From Macrostomum hystrix (lineage: Eukaryota > Animalia > Platyhelminthes), in the NCBI GenBank assembly GCA_950097015.1, contig CATNEN010000007.1:9982001-10046000 (forward strand): a stretch of DNA of 64,000 bases. Reading direction: 5' to 3'. Positions 12,750 through 25,500 of the stretch are shown in pieces. The first letter of the stretch is position 1. Every line of letters starts with the position of its first letter. A model generated the notes under the pieces. The model saw only the letters and a list, made by a program, of their open reading frames with translations. It made no database searches and was not told where the DNA came from. Position numbers and translations under genes: made by a program.

Positions 12750-14349
12750 GGAATCGTCAGGTTGGAACTACAGTTATCTTGTGTGTATGTGGTATAAAGA
12801 ATTCCTTCAGTTCATTAAGTCTCTTAGCAACAAAAGGCTGCTTAATCTGCGCGTCAACCCCGGCCGACCAGCCAGTCCCAGTAGAAGGATCATATCCCCC
12901 CAGTCCGTATCCCCGGCACGAGATAAAAATACCCCAGCGCAGCCCCAGACCGCGAACAAGCTAATCGTTTTACGGCTGGGCCCTGGTGTGTCCTTTTCCC
13001 CGCTTCTCCCGGAGCCGCCCCTTCCGCGACCAGCGGGCGGCACTTGACCCGCCTCGCGGAGCCCCAGAGCCCCACCCGCCCAGAAGTCCGCGCCGCCATT
13101 AGCTGCCCCATGTTTTACAGCCAAACACGGCCCGCCCAGGTATGGCAGCTGGGCTTGGCGAGCTTCTGGCCTCGGGGGGTGGGTGTTGCGGAGTCACAGC
13201 AGCTGCCGCAGATGGGCAGCCAGTAGTACACAGATGGAGCATGACAGCCAACGACTGCCTTTGTCCCCGCAGCTGAAACTGCCAGTTCGTTTCATCCACC
13301 GGTTGTTCCCGCTCCCCTGGGGATTTTCGCCCTCTTTCACTCCGTCTTCGTCGCATTGAAAGTTTAAAAAAGTTTTTTAAACGAATCACTCTCTTTGTGT
13401 GTGCGGCTTGGAGGTTAGTAGAAGGCGAAGGAGGTATGGGGACAGCGCTCCCAAACTCTGCAGTTTAATCCCGGGATTTTTCAATTTCAGTCCCGCACAG
13501 ACTGGGGGGGAAGAAGTGACAAGTGGCGCGCCTGACAGACAGCTGAGCTGGTAACAACCGACTCTCCAAACATCCCTCCCTGGGAATCCGATCCCGCCGG
13601 TTGGGAAGAATTCCTAAGCGCGGGCCGCACGCACGCATGCTAGCGTCCCGTTTCTACGCCGCCACGGCAAACACGGCCCAGAGCCACCGGCCTTTTGTGC
13701 CGGGCTGCTCAGCTGTCCGCTGGCCGGCTCACCAAGGCGCTGCGTGGGATGCGCGGCGTGGCATTCCCAACAGCCCGTATCCCACCCGGCCTGGCCCGCT
13801 GGTCCGGCCATTCTCTTTCAGGCCTTTCTAGCGAGCGTCCGTGACGCCCTGTGTGCGGAGGAAGGCAGAAAGACACTCAGTGCTGGGGTGCCATGCAAAG
13901 GGCTTTAATCAGTCGGGCGCGTGTCCGCTTGAGCAGAAAACGGCAGCTCGGATCCCGCAGCGAGGGACGAGCGGCAGCCAAGAGCCGGGGCTTTCTGCTC
14001 AATTTTCTGCTCCAACTGGGCTGGGGAAGCCGAGGCGACAGGCCAGGAGGGTTGGAGGGGCCAGAATTGGATTCTAGCTGGCCCAGCTCCGAGGTGCTAA
14101 CCCAGTTTGGTCCGCGGGATTTATTCAATCACCGCGCCGCTCCCCTTGCCTCTGGAAGCCGGTGGAGTCCGCGCGGAGTCCGCCACGAAGAGTGCGGGAC
14201 GGCAGCCTCCGAATGGGCGAAAATGGCGAAAGAAGATGGGAGAGAAGAGGCCTTCCAAACTTGAGTGCTCCAGTTTGAGTCTAGTGCTCATCTGAGGACT
14301 CTAAATTCACCGAAGTCTCAGTGGCCATCCGCCCCCCTTCAATCCGCAG

Positions 14350-14502
14350 AGAAGGACGAAGTGCCGACAACCTTCAACGGCCGGGGCCACATCCAGCTGG
14401 ACATCAACGACAGGCAGCACGTCTGGGGCTTCCACGGAGCCTCCGACATGCTGCGGCTGCACTACAGGACCCGGGCTCGCAACGCCTTCCTCGTCTATGC
14501 CG
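14350..14502 (+). CDS. Nrx-1: alpha-neurexin exon 2: start of LNS2
   Basis: Acceptor CCGCAG|, reads (Q)KDEVPTTFNGRGHIQLD...LHYRTRARNAFLVYAG, donor G|GTGAGC. 153 nt, phase 1-1. Confidence 0.88.
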
Positions 14503-14678
14503 GTGAGCAGGGATCTGCGAATCCCCACGCACCCCAGCCTCCCTAATTCTCCCTGCCATCTCACTCTCGGCTTGCTTTCACTTTGACTAAATTATCCAGA
14601 CTCCATGGGACTTCCTGCTTTATTAATGTTTGTCTCACTGTAAGAAGTCTCTTCACATTGGGAAAATTCCTCTCTAAT

Positions 14679-15592
14679 TCTCCCTACCCCCTCTCCCATC
14701 CCACTCTGCCAACTCACTCTCCCATCCCACTCTCCCATCCCACTCTCCCATCCGACTCTCCCATCCCACTCTCCCATCCCACTCTGCCAACTCACTCTCC
14801 CATCCCACTCTCCCATCCCACTCTCCCATCCGACTCTCCCATCCCACTCTCCCATCCCACTCTGCCAACTCACTCTCCCATCCCACTCTCCCATCCCACT
14901 CTCCCATCCCACTCTCCCATCCCACTCTCCCATCCCACTCTCCCATCCCACTCTGCCAACTCACTCTCCCATCCCACTCTGCGAACTCACTCTCCCATCC
15001 CACTCTCCCATCCCACTCTGCCAACTCACTCTCCCATCCCACTCTCCCATCCCACTCTGCCAACTCACTCTCCCATCCCACTCTCCCATCCCACTCTCCC
15101 ATCCCACTCTCCCATCCCACTCTCCCTACCCCCTCTCCCATCCCACTCTGCCAACTCACTCTCCCATCCCACTCTCCCATCCCACTCTCCCATCCGACTC
15201 TCCCATCCCACTCTCCCATCCCACTCTCCCATCCCACTCTCCCATCCCACTCTCCCATCCCACTCTGCGAACTCACTCTCCCATCCCACTCTCCCATCCC
15301 ACTCTGCCAACTCACTCTGCCATCCCACTCTGCCAACTCACTCTCCCATCCCACTCTCCCATCCCACTCTGCCAACTCACTCTCCCATCCCACTCTGCCA
15401 ACTCACTCTGCCATCCCACTCTCCCATCCCACTCTCACATCCCACTCTCCTATCCCACTCTCCCATCCCACTCTGCCAACTCACTCTCCCATCCCACTCT
15501 CCCATCCCACTCTCCCATCCCACTCTCCCATCCCACTCTCCCATCCTACTCTCCCATCCCACTCTCCCATCCCACTCTCCCATCCCACTCTG
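14679..15592. repeat. 13-bp minisatellite (CTCTCCCATCCCA)n
   Basis: Direct reading, with CTCTGCCAACTCA variants. Confidence 0.96.
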
Positions 15593-16309
15593 CAATGCCG
15601 CTCCGATCCTACTCAGTGTCCCAGCGCGAAGAGAACTTTGTGCACTTCAAAGCATTTTTTTAGTTTTCAAATTTCGCCTCGCCTCGCATTCCTGGAAAAC
15701 TTTTCCAACACTGCCGCCCAGCTGCACCTCCCGAGAGGCCTTGAGCAGCGTGTTTCTCCCCATGTCTCTCTCCCAAACTCGCTGGCGAGCCGATGGGCAG
15801 CGATCAGGCCGGGTGGGGCAAACACAGGCACAAACACACGCGGTGCGCTATGAATAATTCCACAGCCAACAAAGCCACATTCGGCTGCCAGCTTCTTGGC
15901 CAGGCAAGGCTGCTGGCTTCGTTTTCATCAATTCTTTTTCCACTAATTTGAGAACTAAAAATGCCACCTACTCCAGTCGATCGCACAGCAAAGCAATAGA
16001 ACCACTTGTGCCGGTCTAAGGGACCGTGTTTGCCGTTCTGCTGCAGTTCACTCGCAAGCAGGTCACGGGTCCGAGAGAAACTTCTAGCGATCAATCATTC
16101 GCGCTGGGAAATTAATCGATTTGCACCTTTTGACCATTATCTGAGCTAAATGCTCAAGCCAAACTTTCATCCTTCTTACTCAGGCTGAATGTCAGATCAG
16201 TCCAATGCCGGCCCGGCCCTTACAGATTAGTGAGCAAAAGAAAAACATTAGCAACAATTTTTGGGGCTGATAATCCAGAGAAATTTTAACTCATACAGAT
16301 TAGTAATTT

Positions 16310-16880
16310 AAAGAGATTGATAATACAGAGAGATTGATAATACAGAGAGATTGATAAAACAGAGAGATTGATAAAACAGAGAGATTGATAAAACAGAGAG
16401 ATTGATAAAACAGAGAGATTGATAATACAGAGAGATTGATAATACAGAGAGATTGATAAAACAGAGAGATTGATAATACAGAGAGATTGATAATACAGAG
16501 AGATTGATAATACAGAGAGATTGATAATACAGAGAGATTGATAATACAGAGAGATTGATAATACTCTCTGTCAATAGAGGGGTTGACAATCCACAAATAT
16601 TTATAATTTAGAGAAATTGATAATCCACAGAGGTTGATAATCCAGAGAGATTGATAATCCTCTGGATTATCTAGATTGATTATACGGATTGAATGATAAT
16701 CCAGGTTGAATGATTAAATGAAATGATTATTTAATTCATTTAAATGATTATCTAGAGAGATTGATAATCCAGAGAGATTGATAATCCAGAGAGATTCATA
16801 ATCCAAAGAGATTGATAATCCAGAGGGATTGATAATCCAGAGAGATTCATAATCCAGAGAGATTGATAATCCTTAGATAA
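16310..16880. repeat. 17-bp minisatellite (AGAGAGATTGATAATAC/CC)n in two blocks
   Basis: Blocks at about 16310-16565 and 16752-16880. Confidence 0.92.
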
Positions 16881-17126
16881 TCTAGGGATTGGTATCCAGA
16901 TGTAGATCAATTGAAACTTCATCAGGAAATGACGCAAGAAAGAAGATACTTAGAGGTGGAAAAGCCACCCTGCCAGTCCAGCAAATCCAGGTTGCGTGGA
17001 GCATCTTTCATCGGCTTGCAACCTCGCTGGATTAATTAGGAAGCCAACTCCCCCATTCCGAGACCACAGATGTGGTGCTGAAATCCCATCCTGTTAAAAA
17101 TTCCTGCCCCCGCCCTGACACGACAG

Positions 17127-17311
17127 GCTCCAAGGACTCCGGCCAGTGGGATTTCATCGCCCTCAGCTTGCGGGAGGGCCGCCTTCGCCTGTCCATGTCT
17201 GTCGGCGGCTCCGCCAGCGCCGCTGACATTTCGCCACCGGCTGGCGGCCGGCCGGGGCAGTTCGCTGACAGCCAGTGGCACCGGCTGCAGGTGAAGCGCA
17301 GCCTGCAGAAG
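17127..17311 (+). CDS. Nrx-1: alpha-neurexin exon 3: LNS2
   Basis: Acceptor GACAG|, reads GSKDSGQWDFIALSLREGRL...FADSQWHRLQVKRSLQK, donor AAG|GTGAGG. Phase 1-0. Ends at the position equivalent to vertebrate SS2. Confidence 0.9.
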
Positions 17312-18310
17312 GTGAGGCCCCGCTGAGCACAGATACCACTGATCATACTCGTTTAATTAGCATAGTTTGAATTCGCGCCAAAGGAGCAGTAGGTATGACA
17401 AACTCAACTTCCTCTCTCATGACAAGTAGGTAGTCTACTTTAGTTGTCCATGTAGGTATTATCAGCAAATGTATTTGAAGCTTTGTATCTGAATATTTTT
17501 TGTGGGATTTTAATTTGTTATACTTTTAGCGCGCTTTTAAATTTATAAAATTTACCATGTGAAGTGTCCTATCATTTTCGGCTCTTTGGGGAAGTCAACT
17601 CGCATTTTCACAACCAATAAGAAGCGGCTTGAAGAACAACAGCAAAGATAGATATCTTCTCCAACAAGAGGAGAGAATCGAAATTTCAGAATCTGTTTGT
17701 CCAATGCAGGGCTGAAAGCTGAGCAGCCTTCGAAGCCTCAAAGCCGTGAGGCGTGGCAGGTCAGCTCAAGAGAGGAGAATCGGACTCGCCTATGGGCTCA
17801 GATCGGCTGCAGAAACTATACGCTAAAATAGAGCCACAAAGGGAGAGATAGCGCGAGAAAGCAGGCCAGAATAAAGGAAGACCCTAAATCCCCTCATTTC
17901 ATGGGCGGTGGGGATTTGCAAATATATATTTTTGCCGAGTATGAAGGCCAACTCCGGGAGGCGGGGGAGGGCGGCATTGAATAGGGGGAGATAGAGGGAG
18001 GCGGAACATTCAAGCGATTTCAGCCATGGCTGAGAAGCGGGCAGGCAAATCCAATAATCCGCGGGCTCTCTGCGCCATGAATAATGGGAGAAGGAGGGGG
18101 AGAGAACTTGTGGAGAAATCGGGCATTGGAGCTTTCTGCGGCAATGAGAATTAATGATCCCCTGGAAGGGAGCTCGCGCAAACACAGCCCACCTGAGGGT
18201 TCTCACGGCGAAGTCTCAAATGGGGTCTGGGCGAGCGCCAATTTTTTTATCTGTTCTAGTCTCAGTGAATGCCTCATCATCACGACTGTTGCACACCCTA
18301 CCACCCTCAG

Positions 18311-18334
18311 TTGGAGGCCGGGCAGCAGCTGCAG
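18311..18334 (+). CDS. candidate 24-nt neurexin microexon (LEAGQQLQ), SS2-equivalent intron
   Basis: CCCTACCACCCTCAG| ... CAG|GTAAGC, phase 0-0, no stop, TGC motifs upstream. Confidence 0.55.
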
Positions 18335-18587
18335 GTAAGCCCGAATTCCTTCGAGATGTTCTGCCAGCTTTCATTGGTAGCTCTGTGTTAATCCTGCTTG
18401 TCTGCTTGTTGCGCTGCCTAACTCACCATGGCATGGCAAAAACTAAAAAGTGCACACTTGCTGGAAATGCTCTTTTACTGGAAAAAACTAACAATCAAGC
18501 TTATGATTTCAATAGCGCTGAGCATAAGAAGTTTGTTGTAATTGACTCTTGCTGGCCTGAATTCGCCTGCTCCTGGGCTGTCTGTAG

Positions 18588-18593
18588 TCCAAG
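18588..18593 (+). CDS. candidate 6-nt neurexin microexon (SK)
   Basis: CTGTCTGTAG|TCCAAG|GTAAAT, phase 0-0, TGC motifs upstream. Confidence 0.35.
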
Positions 18594-19536
18594 GTAAATG
18601 TATAATATTCCCCATTTATTTTGTTGTCTAGCGGGCAAAAGCAAGAGGTTTCTCGTTTATGAGTGAGATACCGAGTGCTTTTGGCCCTAGACAACTAAAT
18701 GAGTGGGGAAAATGATATGTATCCCTAACTTGAAACGGGCAAACGGACGAGGTCAGAAAATGTATTGATTATTGATTCGTTCGCTCGTTTAATTATGTTT
18801 GTCTATGGTTGTGTTATAGTTCTGTGCTTTAGTTAATTTATTTGCATCGGTGCAAAGTGAAATAAATAATTTATTGCACTAGTGCAAATAAATTAAAAGC
18901 TTAAAAGCATAGACAACTGCCCGGGGCAAGTGGGGGGATACATGTGAGGGCTGTGCCCCACACTCCCGAACCTCATTGGAATTCTCTATACAGGATAGAA
19001 AATATAACTCGTCCTTCTTAGTCTATGGCTCAACACTCTATCCACCAACGAATCAGAAACAGAGAGTACAATAGACTTTATAATTTCAATGCGCGGCTGT
19101 GCCTATCAGTTTGTGACCGTCAATTAAATAATCTGATGAGACTATGTGAGTTTAGTAAAAGTGCTTTACCTGTTTCCAATTCTTAGTGTGTGTAGTTTAA
19201 GTCTAAGTGTGTAGTAGTGTACACTTTTCTTAATATTTCTAAGCTATAAGCGCTGCTCTAAGTGTATGAACTTTTAGCATTTGGTTATTATACGCTCGTA
19301 CTAGAGTATATAATATAGTATATAAATAGTATAAAAATAGTATATATTGGAGTAAAGATCTAAACATGTGCGCCTTGACGTCAGGGTTATTATATTCAGA
19401 CAATTAAGCATGTTTTGTCAAACCAATATGATATACTAATGTGCCTTACTAATAAAACTATTATCTATATTAACCGACTTCTCTCTTATCAAATCAGCAC
19501 AAATCAAACATCAAGCATCAAGCGTAATTTAGCCAA

Positions 19537-22500
19537 TCTTTCTTTCTAATATACTAAAAATGAAAATCTTGTATGTTTGTTTGCAATCGACTAGCTCCCG
19601 AACGGCTCAACCGATTTTCACAATTCCTTCGCCAAAAGATCACAAATAGGCCGGAATCGGTACACGTAATTTTATTAAGCTTAATTCCATTGGCAAGGGG
19701 ATTAAATATTCGAAAAACAGTTTTAAATAGGCTTTTCTAATGCATTCTTGTTTTCAGCTTGTGCACAGTGAGGCTCCAGTGTTAACTTTAATGATTGCAT
19801 CAGAGCCAATTTTGATAAGGCACTGATAAGAACTCAATGGAGGCTACCCAGAGGGTAGCGAAGGCAGCTAGTCTAATATACTAAAAATGAAAATCTTGCT
19901 TGCTTGCTTGTTTGCAATCGACTAGCTCCCGAACGGCTCAACCGATTTTCAAAATTCCTTCGCCAAAAGATCACAAATGGGCCGGAATCGGTACACGTAA
20001 TTTTATTAAGCTTAATTCCATTGCCAAGGGGATTAAATATTCGAAAAACAGTTTTAAATAGGCTTTTCTAATGCATTCTTGTTTTCAGCTTGTGCACAGT
20101 GAGGCCTCCAGTGCCAATTTTAATGATTGCATCAGAGCCAGTTTTGATAACGCACGCGCGTACTGATAAGAACTCACAGGGAGGCTACCCAGAGGGTAGC
20201 GAAGGCAGCTAGTCTTCTAATATACTAAAAATGAAAATCTTGTATGTTTGTATGTTTGCAATCGACTAGCTCCCGAACGGCTCAACCGATTTTCGCAATT
20301 CCTTCGCTAAAAGATCACAATTGGTCCCGAATCGGTACACGTATTTTTATTAAGCTTAATTCCATTGCCAAGGGGATTAAATATTCGAAAAACAGTTTTA
20401 AATAGGCTTTTCTAATGCATTCTTGTTTTCAGCTTGTGCTCAGTGAGGCCTCCAGTGCCAATTTTAATGATTGCATCAGAGCCAGTTTTGATAACGAACT
20501 GATAAGAACTCACAGGGAGGCTACCCAGAGGGTAGCGAAGGCAGCTAGTCTAATATACTAAAAATGAAAATCTTGCTTGCTTGTATGTTTGCAATCGACT
20601 AGCTCCCGAACGGCTTAACCGATTTTCGCAATTCCTTCGCCAAAAGATCACAAATGGGCCGGAATCGGTACACGTAATTTTATTAAGCTTAATTCCATTG
20701 GCAAGGGGATTAAATATTCGAAAAACAGTTTTAAATAGGCTTTTCTAATGCATTCTTGTTTTCAGCTTGTGCACAGTGAGGCCTCCAGTGCCAATTTTAA
20801 TGATTGCATCAGAGCCAGTTTTGATAACGCACGCGCGTACTGATAAGAACTCACAGGGAGGCTACCCAGAGGGTAGCGAAGGCAGCTAGTATATACTAAA
20901 AATGAAAATCTTGTATGTTTGCAATCGACTAGCTCCCGAACGGCTCAACCGATTTTTGCAATTCCTTCGCCAAAAGATCACAAATGGGCCCGAATCGGTA
21001 CACATATTTTTATTAAGCTCAATTCCATTGCCAAGGGGATTAAATATTCGAAAAACAGTTTTAAATAGGCTTTTCTAATGCATTCTTGTTTTTAGCTTGT
21101 GCACAGTGAGGCCTCCAGTGCCAAATTTAATGATTGCATCAGAGCCTGCAGTTTTGATAACACACGCGTACTGATAAGAACTCACAGGGAGGCTACCCAG
21201 AGGGTAGCAAAGGCAGCTAGTCTTCTATCTAATATACTAAAAATGAAAATCTTGCTTGCTTGCTTGCTTGTATGTTTGCAATCGACTAGCTCCCGAACGG
21301 CTCAACCGATTTTCACAATTCCTTCGCCAAAAGATCACAAATGGGCCGGAATCGGTACACGTATTTTTATTAAGCTTAATTCCATTGCCAAGGGGATTAA
21401 ATATTCGAAAAACTGTTTTAAATAGGCTTTTCTAATGCATTCTTGTTTTCAGCTTGTGCACAGTGAGGCCTCCAGTGCCAATTTTAATGATTGCATCAGA
21501 GCCAATTTTGATAACGCACTGATAAGAACTCAAGGTAGGCTACCCAGAGGGTAGCGAAGGGCAGCTAGTAATATACTAAAAATGAAAATCTTGCTTGCTT
21601 GCTTGTATGTTTGCAATCGACTAGCTCCCGAACGGCTTAACCGATTTTCACAATTCCTTCGCCAAAAGATCACAATTGGGCCGGAATCGGTACACGTAAT
21701 TTTATTAAGCTTAATTCCATTGCCAAGGGGATTAAATATTCGAAAAACAGTTTTAAATAGGCTTTTCTAATGCATTCTTGTTTACAGCTTGTGCACAGTG
21801 AGGCCTCCAGTGCCAATTTTAATGATTGCATCAGAGCCAGTTTTGATAACGAACTGATAAGAACTCCAGTGAGGCTACCCAGAGGGTAGCGAAGGCAGCT
21901 AGTCTAATATACTAAAAATGAAAATCTTGCTTGCTTGTTCGTAATTGATTTTCTCCCGAACGGCTCAACCAATTTTCACCATTTCTTCACCAAAAGATGC
22001 CAAATATGGGGACAACTATACACGTATTTTTATTAAGCTTAATTCCATTGCCAAGGGGATTAAATATTCGAAAAACTGTTTTAAATAGGCTTTTCTAATG
22101 CATTCTTGTTTTCAGCTTGTGCACAGTGAGGCCTCCAGTGCCAATTTTAATGATTGCATCAGAGCCAGTTTTGATAACGCACGCGCGTACTGATAAGAAC
22201 TCACAGGGAGGCTACCCAGAGGGTAGCGAAGGCAGCTAGTCTAATATACTAAAAATGAAAATCTTGTATGTTTGTATGTTTGCAATCGACTAGCTCCCGA
22301 ACGGCTCAACCGATTTTTGCAATTCCTTCGCCAAAAGATCACAAATGGGCCCGAATCGGTACACATATTTTTATTAAGCTCAATTCCATTGCCAAGGGGA
22401 TTAAATATTCGAAAAACAGTTTTAAATAGGCTTTTCTAATGCATTCTTGTTTTTAGCTTGTGCACAGTGAGGCCTCCAGTGCCAAATTTAATGATTGCAT

Positions 22501-25500
22501 CAGAGCCTGCAGTTTTGATAACACACGCGTACTGATAAGAACTCACAGGGAGGCTACCCAGAGGGTAGCAAAGGCAGCTAGTCTTCTATCTAATATACTA
22601 AAAATGAAAATCTTGCTTGCTTGCTTGCTTGTATGTTTGCAATCGACTAGCTCCCGAACGGCTCAACCGATTTTCACAATTCCTTCGCCAAAAGATCACA
22701 AATGGGCCGGAATCGGTACACGTATTTTTATTAAGCTTAATTCCATTGCCAAGGGGATTAAATATTCGAAAAACTGTTTTAAATAGGCTTTTCTAATGCA
22801 TTCTTGTTTTCAGCTTGTGCACAGTGAGGCCTCCAGTGCCAATTTTAATGATTGCATCAGAGCCAATTTTGATAACGCACTGATAAGAACTCAAGGTAGG
22901 CTACCCAGAGGGTAGCGAAGGGCAGCTAGTAATATACTAAAAATGAAAATCTTGCTTGCTTGCTTGTATGTTTGCAATCGACTAGCTCCCGAACGGCTTA
23001 ACCGATTTTCACAATTCCTTCGCCAAAAGATCACAATTGGGCCGGAATCGGTACACGTAATTTTATTAAGCTTAATTCCATTGCCAAGGGGATTAAATAT
23101 TCGAAAAACAGTTTTAAATAGGCTTTTCTAATGCATTCTTGTTTACAGCTTGTGCACAGTGAGGCCTCCAGTGCCAATTTTAATGATTGCATCAGAGCCA
23201 GTTTTGATAACGAACTGATAAGAACTCCAGTGAGGCTACCCAGAGGGTAGCGAAGGCAGCTAGTCTAATATACTAAAAATGAAAATCTTGTATGTTTGTA
23301 TGTTTGCAATCGACTAGCTCCCGAACGGCTCAACCGATTTTCGCAATTCCTTCGCTAAAAGATCACAATTGGTCCCGAATCGGTACACGTATTTTTATTA
23401 AGCTTAATTCCATTGCCAAGGGGATTAAATATTCGAAAAACAGTTTTAAATAGGCTTTTCTAATGCATTCTTGTTTTCAGCTTGTGCTCAGTGAGGCCTC
23501 CAGTGCCAATTTTAATGATTGCATCAGAGCCAGTTTTGATAACGAACTGATAAGAACTCACAGGGAGGCTACCCAGAGGGTAGCGAAGGCAGCTAGTCTA
23601 ATATACTAAAAATGAAAATCTTGCTTGCTTGTATGTTTGCAATCGACTAGCTCCCGAACGGCTTAACCGATTTTCGCAATTCCTTCGCCAAAAGATCACA
23701 AATGGGCCGGAATCGGTACACGTAATTTTATTAAGCTTAATTCCATTGGCAAGGGGATTAAATATTCGAAAAACAGTTTTAAATAGGCTTTTCTAATGCA
23801 TTCTTGTTTTCAGCTTGTGCACAGTGAGGCCTCCAGTGCCAATTTTAATGATTGCATCAGAGCCAGTTTTGATAACGCACGCGCGTACTGATAAGAACTC
23901 ACAGGGAGGCTACCCAGAGGGTAGCGAAGGCAGCTAGTCTTCTAATATACTAAAAATGAAAATCTTGTATGTTTGTATGTTTGCAATCGACTAGCTCCCG
24001 AACGGCTCAACCGATTTTTGCAATTCCTTCGCCAAAAGATCACAAATGGGCCCGAATCGGTACACATATTTTTATTAAGCTCAATTCCATTGCCAAGGGG
24101 ATTAAATATTCGAAAAACAGTTTTAAATAGGCTTTTCTAATGCATTCTTGTTTTTAGCTTGTGCACAGTGAGGCCTCCAGTGCCAAATTTAATGATTGCA
24201 TCAGAGCCTGCAGTTTTGATAACACACGCGTACTGATAAGAACTCACAGGGAGGCTACCCAGAGGGTAGCAAAGGCAGCTAGTCTTCTAATATACTAAAA
24301 ATGAAAATCTTGCTTGCTTGTATGTTTGCAATCGACTAGCTCCCAAACGGCTCAACCGATTTTCGCAATTCCTTCGCCAAAAGATCGCAAATGGGCCGGA
24401 ATCGGTACACGTAATTTTATTAAGCTTAATTCCATTGGCAAGGGGATTAAATATTCGAAAAACAGTTTTAAATAGGCTTTTCTAATGCATTCTTGTTTTC
24501 AGCTTGTGCACAGTGAGGCTCCTGTGCCAATTTTAATGATTGCATCAGAGCCAATTTTGATAAGGCACTGATAAGAACTCAAAGGAGGCTACCCAGAGGG
24601 TAGCGAAGGCAGCTAGTCTAATATACTAAAAATGAAAATCTTGCTTGCTTGCTTGTATGTTTGCAATCGACTAGCTCCCGAACGGCTTAACCGATTTTCA
24701 CAATTCCTTCGCCAAAAGATCACAATTGGGCCGGAATCGGTACACGTAATTTTATTAAGCTTAATTCCATTGCCAAGGGGATTAAATATTCGAAAAACAG
24801 TTTTAAATAGGCTTTTCTAATGCATTCTTGTTTACAGCTTGTGCACAGTGAGGCCTCCAGTGCCAATTTTAATGATTGCATCAGAGCCAGTTTTGATAAC
24901 GAACTGATAAGAACTCCAGTGAGGCTACCCAGAGGGTAGCGAAGGCAGCTAGTCTAATATACTAAAAATGAAAATCTTGCTTGCTTGTATGTTTGCAATC
25001 GACTAGCTCCCGAACGGCTTAACCGATTTTCGCAATTCCTTCGCCAAAAGATCACAAATGGGCCGGAATCGGTACACGTATTTTTATTAAGCTTAATTCC
25101 ATTGCCAAGGGGATTAATTATTCAAAAAACAGTTTTAAATAGGCTTTTCTAATGCATTCTTGTTTTCAGCTTGTGCACAGTGAGGCTCCAGTGCCAATTT
25201 TTATGATTGCATCAGAGCCAGTTTTGATAACGAACTGATAAGAACTCCAGTGAGGCTACCCAGAGGGTAGCGAAGGCAGCTAGTCTAATATACTAAAAAT
25301 GAAAATCTTGTTTGTATGTTTGTATGTTTGCAATCGACTAGCTCCCGAACGGCTCAACCGATTTTCAAAATTCTTTCACTAAAAGATCGCAAATGGGCCG
25401 GAATCGGTACACGTAATTTTATTAAGCTTAATTCCATTGGCAAGGGGATTAAATATTCGAAAAACAGTTTTAAATAGGCTTTTCTAATGCATTCTTGTTT

